Shown piece after piece: positions 1 through 8,585 of a DNA stretch of 64,000 nt (its first letter is position 1; every line of letters starts with the position of its first letter). The stretch lies in the IMG/VR virus record IMGVR_UViG_3300045988_078288; one strand, written 5' to 3'. The DNA is from a virus. Under the pieces are notes generated by a model. The model was given only the letters and a program-made list of their open reading frames with translations. It was not told where the DNA came from and did no database searches. The position numbers and the translations under genes are program-made.

Positions 1-119
1 AGAATCAGCACATAAAGAAACTGAAAGACGCAGGGTTTGACTGCAGCACCAGCAGGTCAATAGACGAAATCATACAGCTCTTGAAGCTATCTTCAGGAGG
101 ACTGGAACAAGGAACATAA
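1..119 (+). CDS. 3' end of an upstream CDS (partial), hypothetical
   Basis: Frame is open from the window edge to TAA at 117-119. Translation is ...KKLKDAGFDCSTSRSIDEIIQLLKLSSGGLEQGT. Confidence 0.4.
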   Translation, partial: NQHIKKLKDAGFDCSTSRSIDEIIQLLKLSSGGLEQGT

Positions 120-131
120 ACAAAAAGGAAT

Positions 132-416
132 ATGCCAAAATACAAATGGATAGTAGTAGCTTTACTTTTGGTTGCGCTTACTATAATAGTAATTCTTTTA
201 AACACCGCTTATGGTGTTATATTAGCTTTAAGCGAATTAATAGCGTTCGGATTATTATATAAAATTGATACAACAATGAAACAGGCAGATTATATCAGAC
301 TGACGGCACAGATTGCCGTGCTGAAAGAAATTGCCGTTGATTACAGCGGCAAGACGATAGACAACATCATACAACAGTTGGAAGCAATTAAGAAGGAGGT
401 GACGGATGAAGATTAG
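132..416 (+). CDS. Small membrane protein, hypothetical
   Basis: 94-aa ORF with an N-terminal hydrophobic helix (WIVVALLLVALTIIVILL) and a second hydrophobic segment. Confidence 0.5.
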   Translation: MPKYKWIVVALLLVALTIIVILLNTAYGVILALSELIAFGLLYKIDTTMKQADYIRLTAQIAVLKEIAVDYSGKTIDNIIQQLEAIKKEVTDED

Positions 417-657
417 AAAAACAAAGAAGCGTTACAAAACCATGTTTCGGACGCAGTATTGCTGCACTAAAGTAAAGTTTAAAAAGGTAAGCACATCAAT
501 CGAAACAGAACCACGCCAATACCCTAAAATGTGCGGCGTGTTTATTACGTACGAGGTGCGTACGTGGTATCGTAAAAGAGAACTAACAACTCGATACGTG
601 CGCATAAGAATTGCGCAGTTAAAAGTAAAACATCACTCAAAATCAAATAACAATTAA
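406..657 (+). CDS. Highly basic small protein, hypothetical
   Basis: 83-aa Lys/Arg-rich ORF. Its ATG overlaps the upstream gene end and is preceded by AAGGAGGTGA 5 nt upstream. Confidence 0.4.
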   Translation: MKIRKTKKRYKTMFRTQYCCTKVKFKKVSTSIETEPRQYPKMCGVFITYEVRTWYRKRELTTRYVRIRIAQLKVKHHSKSNNN

Positions 658-659
658 CA

Positions 660-1670
660 ATGGAAATACTCAAAGAAATCAAAGTTCCTACAGGTGAAAT
701 CTACACCGCAAAAGGAGATAAAGGCGTGTTGGAGTTTCTGACAGTAGCCGACTATGGCAAAGACGCAAATATCAAAGCCGACTTCCTCGGCATAACAAGA
801 GAGCTGAATGGTGTGCCGAACGGAACGCCGATGCCCTTAACCGAAAAATGGGTGATAACAATTTCTACACAGTACGGCTGTTCAATGAACTGCAAGTTCT
901 GCGACGTGCCGAAAGTCGGACCGGGACGCAACGTAACTCTGAACGACCTGCGTAACGAGATAACAACGGCGTTAAGTATGCACCCAGAGGTTAACCATAC
1001 CAAGCGTCTTAACGTACACTATGCGCGCATGGGCGAGCCGACATGGAACGAGGCTGTAATCGAACACGCACGTTTCTTCTTGCGTGATGATATTATTCCT
1101 TACATCGGAAATTCGCTTGTGCATCCTGTAGTAAGCACGATGCTTCCGAAGCATAATCGAGGCTTAAAAGACTTCATTCGTGAATGGGTTAGGGTAAAGA
1201 ATCTCGACTACAACGGAAACGCAGGCTTGCAGTTCTCCATAAACTCTACCGACGACGCACAGCGAGAATACCTATTCTCGGGAAACGCCTTACCATTGAG
1301 AGATATTGCAGAACTTGCTGACACCCTCGTATCTCCGTGGGGTCGCAAGTACGCTCTTAACTTCGCGCTTGCCGACGACTCTATCATTGACGGCAAGGTG
1401 CTTGCTTCGATGTTTGACCCACGCAAGTTCATGTGTAAGATTACACCACTTCACAGAACAAACAGCTGCGAAGCCAACCATATTCAGACAAGCGGAGGTT
1501 ACGACTCGTTTGTGCCGTACAAGAAAGTGGAAGAAGATTTGAAGGCAAACGGATTTGATGTAATCATATTCGTTCCGTCGTATGACGAGGACAACGGGCT
1601 GATTACTTGTGGCAATGCAATCCTGTCCGGCAAGAAGCCGACATCAAGCTACAAGGAGGTAATATTTTAA
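660..1670 (+). CDS. Radical SAM enzyme, RlmN/Cfr-like
   Basis: ISTQYGCSMNCKFCDV contains the CX3CX2C cluster and aligns with E. coli RlmN SSQVGCALECKFCST. MGEPTWN matches MGEPLLN. C-terminal ITCGNA matches AACGQL. Confidence 0.8.
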   Translation: MEILKEIKVPTGEIYTAKGDKGVLEFLTVADYGKDANIKADFLGITRELNGVPNGTPMPLTEKWVITISTQYGCSMNCKFCDVPKVGPGRNVTLNDLRNEITTALSMHPEVNHTKRLNVHYARMGEPTWNEAVIEHARFFLRDDIIPYIGNSLVHPVVSTMLPKHNRGLKDFIREWVRVKNLDYNGNAGLQFSINSTDDAQREYLFSGNALPLRDIAELADTLVSPWGRKYALNFALADDSIIDGKVLASMFDPRKFMCKITPLHRTNSCEANHIQTSGGYDSFVPYKKVEEDLKANGFDVIIFVPSYDEDNGLITCGNAILSGKKPTSSYKEVIF

Positions 1671-1684
1671 TCTGATAAACAAAA

Positions 1685-2020
1685 ATGAGCAAAAAGAAAA
1701 TTTACATATCATCACCGATTACCGGCTACAACCTCAACGAGCGACACAAGTTCTTCGCTCGGATTGAAACAGAACTGACAATTCTCGGCTACAAGGCAGT
1801 CAATCCCATGAGTAAACCTTTATCCGACTCTGCGCCGTACACGGAGCACATGAAAGAGGACTTACGCCTGCTCCTCGGCTGCGACGGCATTGTTGTACCG
1901 AACCGATGGCGGTGCTCGAAAGGCTGTGAAATGGAACGCCGTGTGGCTGACGCTTGCGGAATACCGGTTGTCGGCGTGATAGGCGAGACGCACGATTTGC
2001 AAATCTTAAACGCGATATAA
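1685..2020 (+). CDS. DUF4406 / nucleoside 2-deoxyribosyltransferase-like protein
   Basis: IYISSPITGYN...F...GYKAVNP...LLLGCDGIVV...W..SKGCE.E pattern typical of DUF4406. Confidence 0.65.
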   Translation: MSKKKIYISSPITGYNLNERHKFFARIETELTILGYKAVNPMSKPLSDSAPYTEHMKEDLRLLLGCDGIVVPNRWRCSKGCEMERRVADACGIPVVGVIGETHDLQILNAI

Positions 2021-2022
2021 GC

Positions 2023-2412
2023 ATGAGTGCAAGTCAGTTAATGAGCCGAACCCCCAAAAGGGCGTATATTATCGCGCCAAGTGTAAAGCAGAAAGAGGAA
2101 ATACTAAAGAGCATTGACCGCTATTGTTCGCTGTATTACATCACAATGGGTTCTGCATACAACATTGCCCAAACAGCGATGATAGACGCTTACAACGCAA
2201 TTAAAGATGACAAAAAGCTATACCGTCAGCAGACAAAGCAAAGCATTAACAAGGCTCTTGCTGCATACAACACATGGGATGCGAAGATGCGCTTTGTCCT
2301 CGCCGACCGCTATCAGCTTTGGCTTGACCTATCCGATGCGTCGGATAGCGGAACTGAAACCGCTCGTTACAACGCTCTATTACAGCATCGACAACTACTT
2401 CTTGAAGAATAA
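2023..2412 (+). CDS. Hypothetical protein (possibly the 5' part of a frameshifted gene)
   Basis: ATG at 2023 directly after the previous stop. Overlaps the next ORF in another frame. Confidence 0.5.
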   Translation: MSASQLMSRTPKRAYIIAPSVKQKEEILKSIDRYCSLYYITMGSAYNIAQTAMIDAYNAIKDDKKLYRQQTKQSINKALAAYNTWDAKMRFVLADRYQLWLDLSDASDSGTETARYNALLQHRQLLLEE

Positions 2413-2770
2413 GGTGCCGAAAAGCAAGATAATCGCCCGTATGGAGACGGCAATGGTGCTGATAGATGTTGCTGTAAACCTATTTAAGAACTTGTTTGAT
2501 AACATCCAAAAGAAAATCGGCAAGGACTTGCGACCGATGTTCAGTGATGGTAACGCACTGGAGTTGCAACAAAATTGGAATAATGCCATGCAATCCGTCA
2601 TAAACTCGGTACCAGGAATGCCCGACATTAACATCAACGATGATGCGGACAGCGTTCAGGCAGCAAAGAATATCGTAATGAAGATCTCGAACGAGAACAT
2701 CTACGACCGCGCAGGAGAGTATGCGTTGCAGGTGAACCCCGAATATAAACCAGAGGATTACGGAGAATAG
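2336..2770 (+). CDS. Hypothetical protein (possibly the 3' part of a frameshifted gene)
   Basis: ORF in the +1 frame relative to 2023-2412. ATG at 2336. Ends just before the bidirectional terminator. Confidence 0.5.
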   Translation: MRRIAELKPLVTTLYYSIDNYFLKNKVPKSKIIARMETAMVLIDVAVNLFKNLFDNIQKKIGKDLRPMFSDGNALELQQNWNNAMQSVINSVPGMPDININDDADSVQAAKNIVMKISNENIYDRAGEYALQVNPEYKPEDYGE

Positions 2771-2780
2771 GTTAATACCA

Positions 2781-2832
2781 ACCGCGCACGGACAGCAGGA
2801 GTAAAATCTTGCTGTCCGTGCGCGGTTTTTTG
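2781..2832. terminator. Bidirectional intrinsic terminator between convergent gene blocks
   Basis: Arms ACCGCGCACGGACAGCAGGA and TTGCTGTCCGTGCGCGGT are followed by a T6 run. It sits between the + stop at 2770 and the - stop at 2833. Confidence 0.8.
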
Positions 2833-3240
2833 TTATTTGTCTTGCAACGTAAATGCCCGACCATACAGCAGCATCGTAAGAATAATCAGCGTGTAGTCCG
2901 CAATCTTTGTTGCTTCGGAAATACACAGCGTGCCGTGCCCAAGCCTTATCAGAATAACTCCTGCAAGATACAGGAACGGTATTCGCCACACCCAACCGAA
3001 TTTGAAAAGAAAACTTGCCGGCAGTAAAACGGCTGGCAGTACGACATAAGCAAGTACATATACTGACGCAACCAAAACGGCGTTCTCGTTCAGATCTAAA
3101 CCCATTGACGCAGTGTTATGGTGAAACCAATACACGCCGAACCAGTGTAAAACCATAAGGAGTATAGGTATCACTCTTATGCCGATTCTGTAAAACCAAA
3201 ACAGCTTTTCGGCAAGCGTATTTGTCTGTATTGTTTTCAT
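2833..3240 (-). CDS. Multi-pass membrane protein (paralog of 7838-8344)
   Basis: 135 aa with 4 predicted hydrophobic helices. Shares the ...FGWVWRIPFLYLAGV... motif with ...LCWKYRIPFFYYFGV... in 7838-8344. Confidence 0.6.
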   Translation of the reverse strand: MKTIQTNTLAEKLFWFYRIGIRVIPILLMVLHWFGVYWFHHNTASMGLDLNENAVLVASVYVLAYVVLPAVLLPASFLFKFGWVWRIPFLYLAGVILIRLGHGTLCISEATKIADYTLIILTMLLYGRAFTLQDK

Positions 3241-3250
3241 ATCGCTAAAT

Positions 3251-3631
3251 TTATGTTAGTTTCTTGAATATCCGTTCACATAGTTCTCCCATGATATAGC
3301 AAGCCTGCTCACCGCTCATATCAATATCGTACGCCTCACAGATGTGCGCCGTAACGTGCAGCAGTTCGTGACCGATTGTATTCACCATCTCGCTTTCTTC
3401 TTCTGAGTGTCCGATAGTAACCACGCTCACCTTGTCCTTAACGTTGGAGTAGGTGAGTCCTCTGCTTTCGCCACCGCCTATGAAGTGACGGTAGGCTTTG
3501 CTTGTCGCTTCGCTGCCACACCCAATAGTCATAAGCTCGTTACAGAGATGCACCGCGTCGCCGCTGTCATATCCAATGAAGCAACGCACATCCCAGTCGT
3601 ACTTGTCGAGCCTTATATCACGCCTAATCAT
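3251..3631 (-). CDS. Small putative zinc metallopeptidase (HExxH), paralog of 40406-40837
   Basis: IGHELLHV motif followed by a GEQACYIMG segment. The ATG at 3631 overlaps the upstream TGA (ATGA coupling). The track start at 3646 is TTG. Confidence 0.55.
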   Translation of the reverse strand: MIRRDIRLDKYDWDVRCFIGYDSGDAVHLCNELMTIGCGSEATSKAYRHFIGGGESRGLTYSNVKDKVSVVTIGHSEEESEMVNTIGHELLHVTAHICEAYDIDMSGEQACYIMGELCERIFKKLT

Positions 3632-4056
3632 AACAAGTCCTCCCAAGGTATAGGCATACCGTTGTGGCAGCAGTCGGCATAGAAGCGGTTGAAGATGAAG
3701 CCGTCCTTCTGGTCTGTATCATCAACCATATCTTTTACATACTGCGCCATTTGTTGCTCGTCCTTTATTGACTTGCCCCAGAAGTCTGCCTTGCACATAT
3801 TGGCTACATATACATGGTCGTAGCCGACGAGGTTTTCAAGCTGCAAGCCATTCGTTTGCAACATCTCTTCGACCTTTTCTTTCGATAGCATCTCCAAACG
3901 TTCTTCCTTGCCTGTAGTTGGACTAATCATTCGCATTTGCTTGACAGCCCATTCACACATCTTCTTGTTGAAGTGATAGCCGTTGTATCTTAGATATGCT
4001 ATCATTCCTTCGGGCTTCAAGTCGTACATATCCAAAGGCATCTTACATCTTCCCAT
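3628..4056 (-). CDS. Hypothetical protein
   Basis: 142-aa ORF in an operon with its neighbours. No domain recognised. Confidence 0.6.
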   Translation of the reverse strand: MGRCKMPLDMYDLKPEGMIAYLRYNGYHFNKKMCEWAVKQMRMISPTTGKEERLEMLSKEKVEEMLQTNGLQLENLVGYDHVYVANMCKADFWGKSIKDEQQMAQYVKDMVDDTDQKDGFIFNRFYADCCHNGMPIPWEDLL

Positions 4057-4117
4057 AATATTTAGGTTTTAAGGGACTGGCAGGGAAGCGAACCTCCCCA
4101 CCAGTCGGGTTAATTAC

Positions 4118-4384
4118 TTAGTAGCGTCTGCGACCGCGATAACCGCCGCGTCGTTCTCCGTAGCGACCGTCATCGTCATCATCGTACATATCGCGCTCAC
4201 GGCGTTCGTTCTCGTATCGCCAATCATCGCGATAATCGGGCATAGGTGAACGCTCACCGTATCGACCTTCGCCACGCTGCAAGCTGTCAAGACACGCCAT
4301 TGCCTTGCCGCCATAGCGCAAGCATTTCTCTACGTTCTCAACAAGCTCACCCATCTTGTTCTCTGTGATTTCAATCATATACAT
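4118..4384 (-). CDS. Hypothetical protein with a low-complexity acidic and Arg/Gly/Tyr-rich tail
   Basis: 88 aa. C-terminal half reads ...RDDWRYENERRERDMYDDDDDGRYGERRGGYRGRRRY. Confidence 0.5.
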   Translation of the reverse strand: MYMIEITENKMGELVENVEKCLRYGGKAMACLDSLQRGEGRYGERSPMPDYRDDWRYENERRERDMYDDDDDGRYGERRGGYRGRRRY

Positions 4385-4396
4385 AGCTCAAGCATT

Positions 4397-4915
4397 TTAG
4401 TTATTGCTGTTTGACTTTTTCAGTGCCTTTTGCAACATGCTTTCTATGTTTGACAAAGTACCCTCCATGCCGCAGACCTTGGTTTCGAGCTGAGATATTT
4501 TCTGCTCCTGCTCCTTGTCTTTGGCAATCTGAGGATTGAGAACACACATTATCTTCTCGCAGTTGCACACCACCTTTTCGTGATAGTCCTTGCTTGCAAG
4601 CACCTCTTGCGAGTGTCGTAACATCGCTTCCACTTCGGCAATCATCGCTTCGCGACTTTCGCTTACTACCACGTCGCCAGAGTTGGCAATCTGTCCGTTT
4701 GAAGGCAGTTGCTTGAACTCTGCTTCGCCGTCGGGCAACTTTACTTTCACATCTACAACCGTTTCAATAGGCTGCGCTGAAAACTGCCCTGGTTGATAGG
4801 TAGGGAACTTCGGCTGCGGATTACTTACGCTTACCACCTGTCCGATTTTCAATGTCGGCTCTTCACCTTTCTCAAGCACATAGAATATGCTGTTTGTTCT
4901 TAGTCCACTGAACAT
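4397..4915 (-). CDS. Hypothetical protein (C-terminal coiled-coil-like)
   Basis: 172-aa ORF. No domain recognised. Confidence 0.55.
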   Translation of the reverse strand: MFSGLRTNSIFYVLEKGEEPTLKIGQVVSVSNPQPKFPTYQPGQFSAQPIETVVDVKVKLPDGEAEFKQLPSNGQIANSGDVVVSESREAMIAEVEAMLRHSQEVLASKDYHEKVVCNCEKIMCVLNPQIAKDKEQEQKISQLETKVCGMEGTLSNIESMLQKALKKSNSNN

Positions 4916-4934
4916 ACAATTCGCAATTTAGTTG

Positions 4935-5285
4935 TTAAACAATACCCGTCATTAGCTGAAGGGTGTTAGTATCTCTCTCGAACCAGAGCTGATATACGCC
5001 AGTTCCGGCTACGTCGGCAACCGTAAGAGCTGCACCTCCGAACTTGGTGACAGCCTGCGTTACGCCGTTGGTCTCAAAGAGTATCGGCAGCGTGGTCGTT
5101 GTGCCCGTCGGTATCGCCTGTCGCAGATTTACGAATACCGTACCTCTGTAATTGGCGTTCAAGAAGGCGTGGTTCCTGAATGAGAATACCACACCGTTTG
5201 CGCCTACCGACACACCGGTAGAACCGATAGCTGCCGACCCTCTTCTGTTGACCCAATTGAAAGGGTTATTCCAAATTAATGTCAT
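4935..5285 (-). CDS. Hypothetical beta-rich protein
   Basis: 116-aa Gly/Thr/Val-rich ORF. No domain recognised. Confidence 0.5.
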   Translation of the reverse strand: MTLIWNNPFNWVNRRGSAAIGSTGVSVGANGVVFSFRNHAFLNANYRGTVFVNLRQAIPTGTTTTLPILFETNGVTQAVTKFGGAALTVADVAGTGVYQLWFERDTNTLQLMTGIV

Positions 5286-5409
5286 AATAATTTCTTTATT
5301 TGAAAATTAATTATTAACTTTATATCGGGATAGATGAGAGTAATTAACTCATTGATAAGAGGTATGTCAACGCCTCTTCCCATTTTTCAAGTTGACACGT
5401 TTTGAATAG

Positions 5410-6348
5410 TTGACAGTTATGAACAATCAAGAATTTCTTAAAAGTATCACCTTGGATGGTGAGGAGTGGCGAGATATAATCGGCTTTGAAGGGCTTTACA
5501 AGGTGTCTTCTTATGGTAGAGTTGCGTCTTTGGAACGACACGTAAACAATCGCTATCAGGATGTTTATAAGCAACCACATTTACTCAGAGCGAGTAAAAC
5601 AAAAAGAGAAAAAACACCAAGTGTTACACTCTCTATAGACGGCAAAGATAGTAAAAGACATATTCCTTATCTTGTAGCCCAACATTTTCTTTGTCAACCA
5701 GATAATAATTACGTACTTGAAGCCAAAGATGGTGATTTCTACAACTGCAAGGTTGATAATCTTTATTGGAGAAGAAAGAAACGAGCGCGCAAACTGTACG
5801 ACACTGCTTCACTTGAAGGTGAAGTATGGAAGGCGATACAAGGATATGAAGGCTTATATGAAATATCTTCTTTAGGAAGAATAAAGTCTTCATATAGCAG
5901 AAAGATTTTAAACCCCTCTTCTGTTCATGGCTACAAATACGTTTCTTTAGCAAAAAACTCGACGATTCGTAAGCACTACATTCACCGACTTGTAGCAAAA
6001 GCATTTGTTCCTAATCCTAACAACTATCCCTGTATAGACCACATTAACACAATCAGGACAGATAACACTGCGAGAAATTTAAGATGGTGTACCTATTTGC
6101 AAAATATGTTAAATCCAATAACAAACAGCAAAAGAACTATCAGTGTTTGCAAGTTAAGAAACGGAGTATTAATGCATATCTACGAGTCTATGGCAGAAGC
6201 GCATAAAGATGGTTTTTCCTCAGCCAGCATATTTAAATGTTGCAGAGGTTTGCAGAGTAGCCATAGAGGTTACGAATGGATGTACACCTCCGATTATAAA
6301 TCTCTTATCAATAAGCCAAAGAACTCTCAATCTACCGATATAGATTAG
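5410..6348 (+). CDS. HNH homing endonuclease with duplicated NUMOD4 modules
   Basis: Two NUMOD4-like motifs (EEWRDIIGFEGLYKVSSYGRV and EVWKAIQGYEGLYEISSLGRI). HNH_3-like HRLVAKAFVPNP...IDHIN..RTDN...NLRW. C-terminal NUMOD1-like IYESMAEA...GYEW. It is a lone + strand gene inside a - strand block. Confidence 0.85.
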   Translation: MTVMNNQEFLKSITLDGEEWRDIIGFEGLYKVSSYGRVASLERHVNNRYQDVYKQPHLLRASKTKREKTPSVTLSIDGKDSKRHIPYLVAQHFLCQPDNNYVLEAKDGDFYNCKVDNLYWRRKKRARKLYDTASLEGEVWKAIQGYEGLYEISSLGRIKSSYSRKILNPSSVHGYKYVSLAKNSTIRKHYIHRLVAKAFVPNPNNYPCIDHINTIRTDNTARNLRWCTYLQNMLNPITNSKRTISVCKLRNGVLMHIYESMAEAHKDGFSSASIFKCCRGLQSSHRGYEWMYTSDYKSLINKPKNSQSTDID

Positions 6349-7253
6349 CCCCAGAACCCTCCGTTATTAAGGGCATTAAAGCCGTACAGACCCATCTGTG
6401 CTGCTACACAATTTGGAACGGCGGTTGCTTGTGCGTAATTTAACGTTACCGTCTCGGGCATCTTGCATTTGATACCCGCAACCTCCTGCTGCAAGCCTGC
6501 CAACACCGCATTGATAGGAGCGACCGCCTGACCTACAATCTGACTTGTCATAGCCGACGACTTGAACGTTGAGTTCTCCTCACGCAGATGGTCTAACTTG
6601 TCCTGCATCTCTCGAAGCTCTGCGGCACGCTGTCCGTCAAGAATCTGCTGTGTGCTGTTCTGGATAGTGTTGGCAATACTTGAGAAACCGCGCTCCTGAC
6701 TTGTTGCAACGCCATTGATAGAATTCTGCAAGGTGTTGGTCTGCTGGCATGTGGCAAGTCTGTTCTCGCAGCAACAAGAAGCGAGCTGCTGTGCAATCTG
6801 CATGTTGCCTTGCTGGAGAGCGTTGATAACTTGCATACCGCTCATGCCGATCTGATTGCCCACACCCTGAACCTGCGAGGTAAGAGCCGAGATAGCCGCC
6901 TGTATCTGACCTTCGGTGCAGTTAAGCTGTGTAGCAAGGTTGCTTAGAGCGTTTCTGTTTCCACCGATGGCATCCATGAGGAGCGAGCGACCGTAGTCGT
7001 TGTTGATTTCATTAGCAATACCGCCTGCGCGACCATTGCCGAAACCACCCCAACCATTACCGCCCCAACCCATGAGGAAGAATAGGAAAATTACCCACAT
7101 GAAGCCGTCGCCCCAACCATTGCCGTTCTTGTTCATGGCAAGGAGAAGATTAGGGTCAAGACCTCTCTGTTGAAGCAGAGGAGCGAGCAAACTCATCATG
7201 CCACCCTGTCCGCTACCTTCATTGCCGAATACATAAGTTTTTGACTCAGACAT
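6345..7253 (-). CDS. Hypothetical Gly/Trp-rich membrane-associated protein with a Gln/Asn-rich coiled region
   Basis: 302 aa. Contains WVIFLFFLMGWGGNGWGGFGNG followed by a long Q/N-rich helical region. Confidence 0.6.
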   Translation of the reverse strand: MSESKTYVFGNEGSGQGGMMSLLAPLLQQRGLDPNLLLAMNKNGNGWGDGFMWVIFLFFLMGWGGNGWGGFGNGRAGGIANEINNDYGRSLLMDAIGGNRNALSNLATQLNCTEGQIQAAISALTSQVQGVGNQIGMSGMQVINALQQGNMQIAQQLASCCCENRLATCQQTNTLQNSINGVATSQERGFSSIANTIQNSTQQILDGQRAAELREMQDKLDHLREENSTFKSSAMTSQIVGQAVAPINAVLAGLQQEVAGIKCKMPETVTLNYAQATAVPNCVAAQMGLYGFNALNNGGFWG

Positions 7254-7463
7254 AATACAATCTTTTTTTTAAATTTTACCTTAGTTGACTAAACACTATT
7301 GTAACGTTACACCGCAAAGTTAGCGAGTTACGACGGATAATGTTATAACACGCTCAAAGATTTTATATTACGCTGATAATCAGATATATAAGGTGATAGT
7401 CGGTACTATCACGTTGTAAAATATTCTTTCCAATGTTTGAAGAATTGGAAAGAAATGGAAACA

Positions 7464-7497
7464 AAAAAAAGAGAAGCCTCTTTACTTGCCTCTCTTA
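7464..7497 (-). terminator. Intrinsic terminator after the HTH gene (minus sense)
   Basis: Minus-sense hairpin GAGAGGC/GCUUCUC (one G-U pair) followed by U8 (A8 at 7463-7470 on the + strand). Confidence 0.5.
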
Positions 7498-7826
7498 TGT
7501 TTTAAAAAGTGAAGAATGTCCCACTTCTTCCAGTATCGTGTGTGTCCGCGCTTCTTGCACTCACCGTTTGGTATCTCGCCACGCTTTACCATTCTATTGA
7601 GTGTTGCATCGCTAACGCAAAGTCTGTCCTTCACTTCCTCTGCGCTCATCATCGGGTTGAGCATATTAGGAAGTATGTCCTGGCAGAGTGTTTCTATATC
7701 GTCGTCGCTCATACCGCAAGCCGTCACTTTTTCGCCGTTGCGCTGCTGCTCGTCCGCCTGAAAGCACGAATTGGCAAGCGATTGCAACAACGTGCCGAGC
7801 ATCTTGTATCCGAAAATCTTTCTCAT
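7482..7826 (-). CDS. Helix-turn-helix DNA-binding protein (excisionase/MerR-like HTH_17 type)
   Basis: C-terminal SAEEVKDRLCVSDATLNRMVKRGEIP... resembles Xis/AlpA-type HTH proteins. Confidence 0.55.
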   Translation of the reverse strand: MRKIFGYKMLGTLLQSLANSCFQADEQQRNGEKVTACGMSDDDIETLCQDILPNMLNPMMSAEEVKDRLCVSDATLNRMVKRGEIPNGECKKRGHTRYWKKWDILHFLKHKRGK

Positions 7827-7837
7827 AACATTTCTTT

Positions 7838-8344
7838 TTAACTGAACATTCTTTTGCCGAGCTTTGATTTACAGCAAAACCAGTCGACAGCTCCGTAAAT
7901 ATACAACAACAGCGTAAACGCCATGATTGCAAAGTGTGCCATTACCATCTCGTTGGTCGTGTACCAGTTCCAATATACAAGATGTATGGAGTTGACACCG
8001 AAGTAGTAGAAGAACGGTATGCGATACTTCCAACACAGCCAGAAGAAGCGTGACGCAAGAATTATAACCATTGGCAGTATATAGACCATGATATAGATGA
8101 ACGCATAGCACGCATAGTTCGCCTTGTGTACCTCAAACATCTCCTTTGGATTACGGCTAAAGTCAAACACGCCGTACATGTGCGCCGTCATTATGAGTAT
8201 TGGAACCCACTTGCAGAACCAGCGGAAAAACCGCAATATTCTGCGTGAATACTGATTGCCGGACTCTGCCAGCAAAGACATAATTTCCGATATGTCCTTA
8301 CCCTTCACAAGAGCAAGAAACATCCTTTTATCATCCTCGTTCAT
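7838..8344 (-). CDS. Multi-pass membrane protein (paralog of 2833-3240)
   Basis: 168 aa with the same helix arrangement and the YRIPFFYYFGV motif. Confidence 0.6.
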   Translation of the reverse strand: MNEDDKRMFLALVKGKDISEIMSLLAESGNQYSRRILRFFRWFCKWVPILIMTAHMYGVFDFSRNPKEMFEVHKANYACYAFIYIMVYILPMVIILASRFFWLCWKYRIPFFYYFGVNSIHLVYWNWYTTNEMVMAHFAIMAFTLLLYIYGAVDWFCCKSKLGKRMFS

Positions 8345-8585
8345 ATTGATTTTATTTAATTTAATATAACGTTGATTAGTTTTATTTGATGCAAGTTAGT
8401 CATTTATTTTCAAAGTTGTATGTTTTGTTGTCTTTATTTATATTTATTTAAACACAGTAAAAAACGCAAGTCTTTAGCTCATGGGTAGTTCACTTAAACT
8501 CCTTGCCTATCCATCACGGACGGGCAAGGCTCCTAAAAACAATTTACCTTAAACTAAAAAAACTAATAACTAACCAATCAACATA

